Notes: generated by a model from the letters alone, not told the origin. Shown: positions 50,700-60,165, counted from the stretch's first letter. The stretch is 64,000 nucleotides of DNA from Candidatus Woesearchaeota archaeon (GCA_020343615.1 CP070803.1:628166-692165); one strand, 5' to 3'. Numbers and translations are program-made.

Positions 50700-50718
50700 T
50701 TACTAGTATAACTAGTAA
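50700..50718. promoter_or_regulatory. palindromic operator between the TATA box and the start of the fusion gene
   Basis: TTACTAGT-ata-ACTAGTAA; TATA tttaaata (minus) at 50723-50730; GTG start at 50696. Confidence 0.55.
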
Positions 50719-50766
50719 TAAGTATTTAAATTTTCTGTTAAATGTAAATTAGAAATAAAACATTAA

Positions 50767-50982
50767 CTATCGTTCATATCCTAGTTGCTTAAGTCTTTCT
50801 TTTGATTTCTTTTTTTCCTCTTCAGATAAAGGCCTTTCATTATCTGATTCAGAAATTTCAATTCTTCGAGCAACTTGTCCTAAAATGAAATTCACATACT
50901 CATCAACTGTTTCGAATTCATCTGAATTATTAACTTGTTTTTCTAGTTTTTTCCCAATTTCATCAAGTAGTTCAACTTTCAT
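50767..50982 (-). CDS. small CopG/RHH-like protein with LxxLGY tail (paralog of 39407-39628)
   Basis: MKVEL..., FETVDEYVNFILGQV, ends ERLKQLGYER; AGGTG SD upstream. Confidence 0.75.
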   Translation of the reverse strand: MKVELLDEIGKKLEKQVNNSDEFETVDEYVNFILGQVARRIEISESDNERPLSEEEKKKSKERLKQLGYER

Positions 50983-51133
50983 TTTTAACACCTTTCATTA
51001 ATATAATAACCAATTCATATTTCTTTTTTTAGCCATCTCGTAATCTTAATAATTACTAATAAGAAATATCCTAATTATGTATATAAATCTTTTCTTCACT
51101 AAATTTATATACTTATATACAAAAAAATAAGTT

Positions 51134-52627
51134 ATGGATTACGCTAAAAATGCCGTTAAAAGAACAGCACTTGTTTTTACAATAAGCATAATTGCAGCAT
51201 TTATTGGTTTTCTTGTCCGTTTAGTCCTTGCTAGAGAATTAAGCCCCGAAGATTATGGATTATTATTTTCTATTTTTACACTAATAACTTTTCTTACTTT
51301 ATTTCGAAGAGTAGGATTATTACAGACGATAGTTAAGTTTATTCCAGAATTCCAAGTAAAGAAAAAACCAGATTTAATTAAAAATGCAATTGTGATTGTA
51401 TTAGGAATAAATTTAATATTATCTATAATTATTTCTGTAATTCTAATAACGTCCTCAAATTTTCTCGCAAAAAATTATTTTAGACACCCACTCGCAGAGC
51501 CTGTTTTAATAATATTCTCATTCATATTTATAGCATCTGTCTTCAAGATGACTTTACGTTATATATTTAACGCTTTTCAGAAGATGGACAAATTCTCTTT
51601 AATGTACTTAGCAGAAAATTTTCTTATTTTGTTGTTTATACTATTATTTTTTAAATTAAATATTTTTAATTCACCAAGAGTTTTTTTAGCAGCAATAGCA
51701 TATCTTATAACATATATCCTTTTATTTTTTATTTTTGTACCTTTTTTCCTTAAAATTTATCCTTTCTTTAAATATAAATTTAAATTTTCGTCGAAATTAT
51801 CTAAAAAATTAATAAAGTTTGGGATATTAGTTATGATTTCAGGTATTGGAAATATTACTATTCTCTATACAGATACTCTAGTCCTTACGTATTTCTCTAA
51901 TCTTAGAGAAGTAGGTATTTATAATGTCCTTGTTCCTACTGCAATGCTTTTAGATTTTTTTGGCAGATCAGTGAGTCAAGTAATAATGCCAATGGTTTCT
52001 GAACTTTGGGCGAAGAAGCTTAAAGAGTATGTAAACAAAGGAGTTTTATTATTGCAGAGATATGCATTATTTGCTATAATTCCATTAGCAACAGTAATGT
52101 TTTCTTTCCCAGAATTATTGATTAAAGTATTATTTGGAAACGAATACATTTCAGGGGCCTTTACTTTACAACTATTAGTTATAGGAATGATATTTTTTAT
52201 TATAGCATCAATAAATATGAATATATTAAAAGCAATTGGAAAACCTTTCGCAGTTAGTAAAGTCATATTAACAGGAGCGTTATTTAATTTAATTACAAAT
52301 TTTTACTTTATTCCAAAATACGGGATAGTTGGAGCAGGTTTAACGTCTCTTATTAGTTATTTCTTAATTTTGTTAATTTCAATAATTTATTTAAAAAGGA
52401 GCGTAAAATTAAAATTCCCACTATATGACTGGCTAAAATTATTCTTTTCAGGGGTAATTATGGCTCTTTTAATGATTATTCTGAAGGCGATAATTGATAT
52501 AAATGTTTATGCAGAGGCATTAGTGGTCTGTTTACTAGGAGGAGCAACATATCTAACATTAGCAATAATAACTAAGGCAATAGATATCGAAACAACAAAG
52601 AACTTTATAAAGAATATATACAAGTAA
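51134..52627 (+). CDS. Wzx/AglR-type polysaccharide flippase
   Basis: LARELSPEDYG, DTLVL, VGIYN, IPKYGIVGAG; about 12-14 TM. Confidence 0.9.
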   Translation: MDYAKNAVKRTALVFTISIIAAFIGFLVRLVLARELSPEDYGLLFSIFTLITFLTLFRRVGLLQTIVKFIPEFQVKKKPDLIKNAIVIVLGINLILSIIISVILITSSNFLAKNYFRHPLAEPVLIIFSFIFIASVFKMTLRYIFNAFQKMDKFSLMYLAENFLILLFILLFFKLNIFNSPRVFLAAIAYLITYILLFFIFVPFFLKIYPFFKYKFKFSSKLSKKLIKFGILVMISGIGNITILYTDTLVLTYFSNLREVGIYNVLVPTAMLLDFFGRSVSQVIMPMVSELWAKKLKEYVNKGVLLLQRYALFAIIPLATVMFSFPELLIKVLFGNEYISGAFTLQLLVIGMIFFIIASINMNILKAIGKPFAVSKVILTGALFNLITNFYFIPKYGIVGAGLTSLISYFLILLISIIYLKRSVKLKFPLYDWLKLFFSGVIMALLMIILKAIIDINVYAEALVVCLLGGATYLTLAIITKAIDIETTKNFIKNIYK

Positions 52628-52695
52628 TATCAAAATCTTTTTAAGTTAATCAGTAATTTTTATAAATAGACCAATTCATTATTCAGAAGAGAAAA

Positions 52696-53715
52696 ATGAA
52701 AAACTTCTATGAGGGAAAAGATATACTCGTGACTGGAGGATGCGGTTCTATAGGTAAAGAACTAGTTAAGCAGATTCTAGAATTTAGTCCTAGAAGACTA
52801 AGAGTTTTTGATCAAAACGAATCTGGTTTATTTCATTTACAGGAAGAACTAGCAGCGCATAATAATTTGAGATTTTTAGTTGGAAATCTAAGGGATAAAG
52901 AGAGATTAAGAAGAGCTGTAAGGGGAGCAGATATTGTTTTTCATGCAGCAGCCTTAAAGCACGTTCCACTATGCGAATATAACCCTTACGAAGCAGTTCA
53001 GACCAATGTAATAGGAACTCAAAATTTAATAGAAGTATGCAGAGATGAAGATGTTGAAAGAGTTATAGCTATAAGTACAGATAAAGCAGCACACCCAATT
53101 AATACAATGGGTGCTACTAAATTATTAAGTGAGAAGCTGATATTGACTGGAGCCACAGGTAAGTGTAAGACCATCTTTTCATGTGTAAGATTTGGTAATG
53201 TACTAAATTCTGACGGATCTGTTATACCTATATTTAAAAGACAAATTGCAAAAGGAGGCCCAGTAACAATTACGTCTAAGGAAATGACGCGGTTCTTTAT
53301 GAGCATGGGAAAAGCAATAGAATTAGTACTGAAATCAGCAATTCTTACAAGAGGTGGAGAAATATTTATACTACCAATGAATGCCTTAAAAATTACAGAC
53401 TTAGCGGAAGTTATTGTTGAGGAACTCGCTCCAAAATACGGTTATCATCCTGAAGAAATAGAATTTAAGGAAGTAGGAATAAGACCTGGAGAAAAGACAC
53501 ATGAGTATCTCGTAACTAAAGAGGAAGTTAAAGATATGGTACACTCTGATGATCTAATAGTATTATATTCTTCTTTATTAATTGAACCAGAAGTCAGAAA
53601 ACAACTCATAAAAAAGAAGAGCACACATAACCACCAACATTACCATTCAGGTAACATACCTTTACTTAGTAAAGATGAAATAAAGAAGATACTAAAAAAA
53701 GAAAAAATAATTTGA
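52696..53715 (+). CDS. UDP-GlcNAc 4,6-dehydratase family (PseB/FnlA/CapD-like)
   Basis: TGGCGSIG, HAAALKHVP, STDKA, MGATK, RFGNV, GIRPGEK. Confidence 0.9.
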   Translation: MKNFYEGKDILVTGGCGSIGKELVKQILEFSPRRLRVFDQNESGLFHLQEELAAHNNLRFLVGNLRDKERLRRAVRGADIVFHAAALKHVPLCEYNPYEAVQTNVIGTQNLIEVCRDEDVERVIAISTDKAAHPINTMGATKLLSEKLILTGATGKCKTIFSCVRFGNVLNSDGSVIPIFKRQIAKGGPVTITSKEMTRFFMSMGKAIELVLKSAILTRGGEIFILPMNALKITDLAEVIVEELAPKYGYHPEEIEFKEVGIRPGEKTHEYLVTKEEVKDMVHSDDLIVLYSSLLIEPEVRKQLIKKKSTHNHQHYHSGNIPLLSKDEIKKILKKEKII

Positions 53716-53716
53716 T

Positions 53717-54553
53717 TTATTGTACTTCTTTTTCCTTAGGCTTATGAATTACGAATTTCTTACCTTTGTATAAACTAGCAGTTTCAAATATTTTTGGAGG
53801 ACGTACCGGAATTCCAGCGTCATGCATTGCTTTTTTTGCCATATCAGGGGTTATAGGAGTATAATGAAATATACTACCTGCAGCAGCAGCAGAAGCATGA
53901 CCTTCTTTTACAACCTTTACAAAGTCCTCTAATTTTCCAGCACCACCTGCAGCGATAATGGGTATCTTTACAGCGTCCGAAACCATCCTCATAAGTTCTA
54001 TATCATAACCATCCATAGTACCTTCATGAGTTATAGAATTAAGAAGAATCTCTCCAGCACCTAATTTTTCAACCTTTTTAGCCCATTTAACAGGGTCTAA
54101 TCCTGTTGGTTTCGAACCACTCCTTGTATAAACTTCATAAGAACCATCTTTTTTTCTTTTAGCATCAATTGAAACAATGATACATTGGCTACCAAATTTT
54201 TTAGAACCTTCAGTTATTAATTTAGGATTAGCAACAGCAGCAGTATTTATGACTATCTTCTCAGCCCCAGCTCTTATGATCTGGGTCATTTGCTCAACAG
54301 ATTTGATACCGCCGCCGTATGCGAAAGGCATGAATACTTCTTCAGATACTTGTTTTATGAGGAAAGGATCATATTCTTCTTCCTCAACAGTGCTTCCAAT
54401 ATCCAATAACATAAGTTCGTCTACTTGTCTTGCTTCAAAAACCCGCACAATAGTAATTACGTTAGCTACAGTTCTTGAATTTTTAAACTGTACTGGTTTT
54501 TTTAACAAACCATCTTGTGTAAGCAACACAGGTATGACTCTAACTTTTAACAT
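53717..54553 (-). CDS. HisF-like cyclase subunit (WbuZ-type)
   Basis: RVIPVL, DELMLLDI, GGGI, GAEKIVIN, GTMDGYD; next to the amidotransferase. Confidence 0.85.
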   Translation of the reverse strand: MLKVRVIPVLLTQDGLLKKPVQFKNSRTVANVITIVRVFEARQVDELMLLDIGSTVEEEEYDPFLIKQVSEEVFMPFAYGGGIKSVEQMTQIIRAGAEKIVINTAAVANPKLITEGSKKFGSQCIIVSIDAKRKKDGSYEVYTRSGSKPTGLDPVKWAKKVEKLGAGEILLNSITHEGTMDGYDIELMRMVSDAVKIPIIAAGGAGKLEDFVKVVKEGHASAAAAGSIFHYTPITPDMAKKAMHDAGIPVRPPKIFETASLYKGKKFVIHKPKEKEVQ

Positions 54554-54670
54554 TTATGCACCTCTTTTTAGGTTTATCTTATCCTTAGCGAATTTAGACC
54601 TCTCATAAAAGTCAAGACTATCATTTTCTTCTTCTCGTTCATCATACCAATAGTCTTCTAATTTTCTCAT
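54554..54670 (-). CDS. unannotated 38-aa small protein
   Basis: MRKLEDYWYDEREEENDSLDFYERSKFAKDKINLKRGA; purine-rich upstream; TAA abuts the next ATG. Confidence 0.45.
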   Translation of the reverse strand: MRKLEDYWYDEREEENDSLDFYERSKFAKDKINLKRGA

Positions 54671-54695
54671 TATTTTTTTTACTTCCTTTCCCCTA

Positions 54696-55358
54696 TCAGT
54701 CGCCATCTTTATTTTCCTCCTTATTCTCGAAACTCTTTACATAATCAGCAAAGTTCTTTATTATTTGAAGTCCATATCTATGACTTTTTTCAGGATGGAA
54801 TTGTGTACCGAATATATTTTTATATTCTACTGCTGAAACAAACTCTTGACCATAATCACACACAGCAACAATAATATAATCCTTGTTACATGAAGTATAG
54901 TAACTGTGAACATAATAGAAGTCAGCTCCATTAAGTACGTCCTTAAACAATATTGAATCTTTTTTGAGAATATAAGTATCATCCCATCCAATATGAGGAA
55001 GTCTTAAACTATCATCTCTACTAATGTCTAATAATTTAATAGTCATAGGTAAAAAGTTAAGACCACCATGCTTACCCCCTTCTTCACCTTCAGTTCCTAA
55101 TAATTGTACTCCTAAACATATACCTAAAATAGGCTTACCTTCTTTCATAACAGCTTCAGTTAGTGGTTCAATTAGTTTAAGTTTTTTTAAGTTATTCATA
55201 GCATCACCAAATGCACCAACACCAGCCAAAACAAAAGCATCAGCCTTTTTAACATCTTCAACCTTGTTAGAGATTACCACATCTGCATAACCCATTTTAT
55301 TAAAGGCTTTCATTACATTATTCAAATTACCCATATCATAATCAATTATTAATATCAT
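54696..55358 (-). CDS. HisH-like glutaminase (WbuY-type)
   Basis: IDYDMGN, GVGAF, LGICLG, PHIGW, YVHSY, QFHPEKS. Confidence 0.9.
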   Translation of the reverse strand: MILIIDYDMGNLNNVMKAFNKMGYADVVISNKVEDVKKADAFVLAGVGAFGDAMNNLKKLKLIEPLTEAVMKEGKPILGICLGVQLLGTEGEEGGKHGGLNFLPMTIKLLDISRDDSLRLPHIGWDDTYILKKDSILFKDVLNGADFYYVHSYYTSCNKDYIIVAVCDYGQEFVSAVEYKNIFGTQFHPEKSHRYGLQIIKNFADYVKSFENKEENKDGD

Positions 55359-56551
55359 TTTCTTTTAGTACTTTTAGTTGGATCCCTCCGCATTTCAACA
55401 TATTTTTTCTTTAAGATAAGACTACCATCAATATCTCTTTTGAAAGTACCATCTTTCTCGGTTTCGAATAAAACTCTATTTGTGAATGAATCACAAATTT
55501 CATCAAATTCTTCTCTAGTGTATCCAAATCTTCTACAAAATCTTCTAGCAGCTTCTAATGGATATTTACCTTCATATCTATCCGCTAATCTAACAGCTTC
55601 TTCACGGTCGATAATACCATTTCTTATATCTCTTACAAGATCATCAGTTGCTCTACCAAAACCATATTTCACAAATTTAAGATAGTCATGTATCGTCATA
55701 GAATAACAATCAATATTTTCATAATCTTCATATGTTACCTCAACTCTATCAATTCTACTAACCCAACCACGTTCTTTTACTATTCTGAGTTGCTCAGGAA
55801 CATTCCACGGAAAATAATAACCATACCATACACTAGTAACTCCAACTCTTTCTAAATCTTCTTTCGATGGATAGATATACGGTTTAAGATCAGATAGAGT
55901 GATGTTTAGATCTTCACAGACCATATCTTCAGGTCTGTTACCAATTAATCCACCATAATCATATAGCCATCTTTGGTCAAGAACATGAGCACTTCTAGCT
56001 TCTTTTGTATATCCACCATACTCTGTTTGAGGACATTCTCCCCAAATGACCAAAGGAACATTAAATTTAACAGCAAAATGAATAGGCACTGTAAATATTC
56101 CTATATGATTTGGCCAGTCATTATCTCCAACTCTTCTAAGACCTTCTTTAACCATGTAATCATAGACTAAAGGATTACGTTTAAAATGAATTAAATCAAC
56201 ACCCATTCTATTCATAACATCAATATTTTTTCTTCCAGTTTTAGTAGGTAATGTAGGCTCAAACAAGACACATAGTGGCCTCATTTTATAGACTTCCTTT
56301 AAAGCATAAACAAGGAACATACTATCCTTTCCACCACTAACCGGGATGATACAGTCGTATGTTAAGGGGTCATCATTTTTGAACTTCTTTATTAATGCTT
56401 CAAATTCCTTCTTTCTAGCATTCCAATCTATTGGGTCTTTATGCTGAGCATATTTTCTCTCAGAGCTCCTACACGCGTTACATATACCTTCCTCATCAAA
56501 AGTAAGGTCAGGCTTTGTATCCGGCATAATGCATTTTTTACAGTATCTCAT
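55355..56551 (-). CDS. N-acetyl sugar amidotransferase (WbuX/PseA family)
   Basis: YCKKCIMPDTKP, CNAC, PVSGGKDS PP-loop, WGE, KYGFGRAT. Confidence 0.9.
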   Translation of the reverse strand: MRYCKKCIMPDTKPDLTFDEEGICNACRSSERKYAQHKDPIDWNARKKEFEALIKKFKNDDPLTYDCIIPVSGGKDSMFLVYALKEVYKMRPLCVLFEPTLPTKTGRKNIDVMNRMGVDLIHFKRNPLVYDYMVKEGLRRVGDNDWPNHIGIFTVPIHFAVKFNVPLVIWGECPQTEYGGYTKEARSAHVLDQRWLYDYGGLIGNRPEDMVCEDLNITLSDLKPYIYPSKEDLERVGVTSVWYGYYFPWNVPEQLRIVKERGWVSRIDRVEVTYEDYENIDCYSMTIHDYLKFVKYGFGRATDDLVRDIRNGIIDREEAVRLADRYEGKYPLEAARRFCRRFGYTREEFDEICDSFTNRVLFETEKDGTFKRDIDGSLILKKKYVEMRRDPTKSTKRK

Positions 56552-56665
56552 TTTTAGTAATTAGTAATGTTATTTACTAATAATAACTAAATTTTTTTAT
56601 ATCTTTTGTTAATTTTTTCTTAAATTTTCGAAATATTTAAATATCATACTTAAAATTTAAGATAT

Positions 56666-57172
56666 ATGAAGTTAGATAAAAAAGATTGTATGATTTTGAA
56701 TTTACTACAAATAAACTGTAGAATGTCTTTAACAGAAATTTCAAGGAAAGTTCACTTATCTGTAGACTCTACTAAAAAAAGAATTAACAAGATGATTGAT
56801 AATAGAGTATTTTTTCCAAGAATACAACTTAGACCGAGGAACTTTGGATTCACAAATATCGTTGATGTAAAAATAAAACTTCAAAATACAAATGAAGAGA
56901 GCGTAAAGAATTTTATAGAATATTTAAAAAAACACCCTAAAGTTGTTGAAATATTTTTAATATCTGGAGAATGCGATTTATCAATAGTGATAGTAGCAAA
57001 AGATTCCATTGATTTAGGAAAAACAACACAAGAAATTAGAAATAAATTTGGAAGAATAATAAATTCCTGGAACGAGTCATTGACAGTGTATTCTTATAAA
57101 TTCGAGGATTATGATATGACTAAATTGATGAAATATAAAAACAATAATAAAGGGATAATAAAAGACAATTAA
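56666..57172 (+). CDS. Lrp/AsnC-family regulator
   Basis: LDKKDCMILNLLQ.N.R.SLTEIS HTH; ISGECDL. Confidence 0.85.
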   Translation: MKLDKKDCMILNLLQINCRMSLTEISRKVHLSVDSTKKRINKMIDNRVFFPRIQLRPRNFGFTNIVDVKIKLQNTNEESVKNFIEYLKKHPKVVEIFLISGECDLSIVIVAKDSIDLGKTTQEIRNKFGRIINSWNESLTVYSYKFEDYDMTKLMKYKNNNKGIIKDN

Positions 57173-57179
57173 ATTTAAA

Positions 57180-57923
57180 ATGGAAAAAGTTAGGGGAGAT
57201 ATAGGAATTAGTACTACTTCATTTTTTTATTGGTTTGAAGATACTAGAAGTAATTGGTTAAATCGCCAATTAGAAGTTCTCGAATTAATTAAAGATATTT
57301 TTATAACTGTAGAGCTTCATTTTTTAGAAAGAAATATTTTCGAATTCAATGAAGAGTTCATGGAAAAATATTCAAAAAAATTATCTTGGTTTAATAAAAT
57401 AACTTTACACTTACCTTCTAATTTTTCAGATGTTGTAAGTCCAGAAGAATATAATATAGCTAATAAAAAATTAAATGAAATAGTAGAAAGATTGAATATA
57501 GAATATTGTGTCATGCATGCAAATCAATACAAAAAAATTGATTTTAATTTTACATTCCCAATATCCATTGAGAATACCGATCCTAGATCTGAAGATTATG
57601 ATTTAATTAAAATCAACGAACTTGAAAAACCAATAGTTTTAGATGTTGATCATTTAGAAGAAAAGGGAGAAGGAGTTTTTGATGAACAGATAGACCTTCT
57701 AAAAAATAAAATCTCAGAGATTCATTTTTCTATTCCTAGGAATGAATACTATAACCAATTCAAAGAAATAATCACACCACACTTTTTAGCATACAAGTCT
57801 GATTATAATATTCCTAAAAAAATACCAAAAGATAAAATATGGATAATTGAAGGAGTTATTCCAAATAACAGAATGGATATGTTAGAAGGCGAGGTAAAAT
57901 TAATTGAAAAATATAAAAACTAA
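57180..57923 (+). CDS. hypothetical protein, AP-endonuclease-2/xylose-isomerase-like TIM barrel
   Basis: VELH, LHLP, VMHA, IENTD, LDVDH, EIHFS, IIEG pattern. Confidence 0.55.
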   Translation: MEKVRGDIGISTTSFFYWFEDTRSNWLNRQLEVLELIKDIFITVELHFLERNIFEFNEEFMEKYSKKLSWFNKITLHLPSNFSDVVSPEEYNIANKKLNEIVERLNIEYCVMHANQYKKIDFNFTFPISIENTDPRSEDYDLIKINELEKPIVLDVDHLEEKGEGVFDEQIDLLKNKISEIHFSIPRNEYYNQFKEIITPHFLAYKSDYNIPKKIPKDKIWIIEGVIPNNRMDMLEGEVKLIEKYKN

Positions 57924-58321
57924 TCTTTTTCTATTTTCTTGAAAAATTTAGCAGGAGTCCCAAACCATATTTCATTAGGAGGAATGTCTTTATTTACTAA
58001 ACTATTAGCACCAACTGTAGAGTTTTCCCCGATAGTTACACCCGGCATAACAACTGTTTTTGTTCCAACATTACAGTTCTTTTTTAAAACTACCTTACCA
58101 CTCTTCCCATCAATAGATGAATGGCTCATAATTACTGCGCTCCATCCAATTTTGACATCATCTTCTATTCTTACACCACTACTAGCATCGATTACTGTGA
58201 AAGCACCTATTTCAGTGTTTTCTCCAAGTTCAAAATTTTCACGATGTCTTACTAACCAATACCATTGAGTCATTCCATAATCATCATATATTGGTCCTTG
58301 ACGCTTGCTTTTTTCCACCAT
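57920..58321 (-). CDS. hexapeptide-repeat acyltransferase
   Basis: VMPGVTIGENSTVGANSLVNKDIP, GTPAK. Confidence 0.85.
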   Translation of the reverse strand: MVEKSKRQGPIYDDYGMTQWYWLVRHRENFELGENTEIGAFTVIDASSGVRIEDDVKIGWSAVIMSHSSIDGKSGKVVLKKNCNVGTKTVVMPGVTIGENSTVGANSLVNKDIPPNEIWFGTPAKFFKKIEKD

Positions 58322-58322
58322 T

Positions 58323-58988
58323 TTAATAATCTCTTAACTCTTTTATTTCACCATATTTTTTAAATAATTGCTTTTTTCCTCTTTCCACTAAATCTTTATC
58401 TGCAGTAATACTTTTACTATGTCTAAAATAATTAAATAGAGGCTCGTGAATCCTCCTTCCTTTATATTTTTGTTTAAGTTTGATTAATAAATCATATTCA
58501 GGGAAAACTAAGTTTTCATCATAATATCCAAGATCGTCAAATATTTGTTTTTTAAACATAATTCCACCAGCAAGACAATTAAGAATATTATCTGTGTTAA
58601 CAATTTTCTTATTTCCTTTTTCATCAGTTTCGTAATAATCACTATACACAAAACTAACGTTCTCATCATTTTCGATTACATTAAACATCTTTTCTAGAAT
58701 ACTCGGTTCAAAAGTATCATCTCCATCCAGCAATATTAAAAAATCAGTTTTTGTATTCCTAATACCATCATTAAGTGTTTTGACGTAGTTTTTGTTATTC
58801 ACATTCATTACTATAATGTCTTTTTTGTGCCTTTCTAAAATCTTAGACGTATTATCTGTAGAACTATCATTTACCACAAGTATATCGAATTTGTCTCTAG
58901 ATAATGTTTGATTAAGAACGCTTTTAATAGCCTTGCTAACTAATCCTTCTTGATTATGAGTCCTTATTATTATAGTTACTAATTTCAT
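58323..58988 (-). CDS. GT2 glycosyltransferase
   Basis: SVLNQT, VNDSSTD, LDGDD, YRH-like motif. Confidence 0.85.
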   Translation of the reverse strand: MKLVTIIIRTHNQEGLVSKAIKSVLNQTLSRDKFDILVVNDSSTDNTSKILERHKKDIIVMNVNNKNYVKTLNDGIRNTKTDFLILLDGDDTFEPSILEKMFNVIENDENVSFVYSDYYETDEKGNKKIVNTDNILNCLAGGIMFKKQIFDDLGYYDENLVFPEYDLLIKLKQKYKGRRIHEPLFNYFRHSKSITADKDLVERGKKQLFKKYGEIKELRDY

Positions 58989-60091
58989 TTTGTAAATAGA
59001 TAATCCCAAGTGAGTCCTGTATTAGCCTTTATATCTTTTGTGACTTTAACTTTTTTATTTAGTAAGAATTCATAATATCTTGGATGTAAACCATTATCTT
59101 TTTCCCCAGGTCTTAGCACATCTATATTCTCTTTAGTAAGCATATCGCCCTTTTTAATATCTTTAATTGTAAAAATTCCCCGATATGCAAATTTTCTAAC
59201 ATACTCTTCAACAGGATATACTTTCTTTTCACCAGATCCTAAAAGTATTTCATCAATACCCATACGTTCATTATCCGCAAGTTTTCTTTCAGCTTCTCTT
59301 ATCGCTTCAACCATTTGTTTAAGTTGTTTAGGATTAAGCGCAAAACTATGGTCTGCACCTGGAAGAGTTTTATCCAATGTAAAGTGTTTTTCTATAACTC
59401 TTGCACCCATGGCAACAGCAGCAGTTGGAGCCTTAACAGGATCTTCGGAATGATCTGAAAAACCAATTATTGCTTCAGGGAATGCAGATTTTAGAGTTTG
59501 AATGACTCTAGCATTAGTTACTTCTAATGGTGCAGGGTACTTTCCAATACAATGCATCATTACTGTTTTATTATTACCTTCATTTCTAATTGTGTGATAT
59601 GCTTCTTCTACTTCTCTAAGTAATGCACAACCAGTTGAAAAAATAATAGGTTTCTGTTTCCTTGCACAGTGTTTAAGTAAAGGTATATGTGTTATAGCAA
59701 ACGATGCCATTTTTATAGCATCAATGTCATTGTTAGCTAATGTATCTGCAGATTTTTCGTCACAAGCAGTACAAATAAAAATAACATCTTTCTTTTTACA
59801 GTAACTCATTAATTTCGGTATCCATGATTCTGATACTTCAACTTCTTCCATAAGGTTGTATATAGATTTCTTTTCACCTTTAGCAGTTGTATAATCGCCT
59901 GCTTCCTTATGATACATTTTCTTAGCTTTAAATAATTGAAATTTAACAGCATCAACTCCAGCTTCAGTAGCAGCATCTATCATTTTTAAGGCTTGATTAT
60001 ATTTTCCATCATGATTTATTCCAGCTTCAGCTATGACGAATACTGGTTGATCTTCTCCAACTAATCGATTACCGATTTTTATTTTATTCAT
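58985..60091 (-). CDS. nonulosonate synthase NeuB/SpsE family with SAF domain
   Basis: IAEAGINHDG, AVKFQ, GFSDHS, IEKHFTLD. Confidence 0.9.
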   Translation of the reverse strand: MNKIKIGNRLVGEDQPVFVIAEAGINHDGKYNQALKMIDAATEAGVDAVKFQLFKAKKMYHKEAGDYTTAKGEKKSIYNLMEEVEVSESWIPKLMSYCKKKDVIFICTACDEKSADTLANNDIDAIKMASFAITHIPLLKHCARKQKPIIFSTGCALLREVEEAYHTIRNEGNNKTVMMHCIGKYPAPLEVTNARVIQTLKSAFPEAIIGFSDHSEDPVKAPTAAVAMGARVIEKHFTLDKTLPGADHSFALNPKQLKQMVEAIREAERKLADNERMGIDEILLGSGEKKVYPVEEYVRKFAYRGIFTIKDIKKGDMLTKENIDVLRPGEKDNGLHPRYYEFLLNKKVKVTKDIKANTGLTWDYLFTK

Positions 60092-60165
60092 CTTGGGCCT
60101 CTAAAAGCATGTTACTTTATAATAATACAAATTATAAACTTTTTGGAGAGTAATTAGTAATTATA

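Noticed and set aside
50998..51036. 12-codon ORF MAKKRNMNWLLY upstream of the RHH gene
   Set aside because: Too short to support; could be chance or a gene remnant
53717..55358. Histidine biosynthesis hisF/hisH
   Set aside because: Adjacent to a WbuX-family amidotransferase in a glycan cluster, with no other his genes
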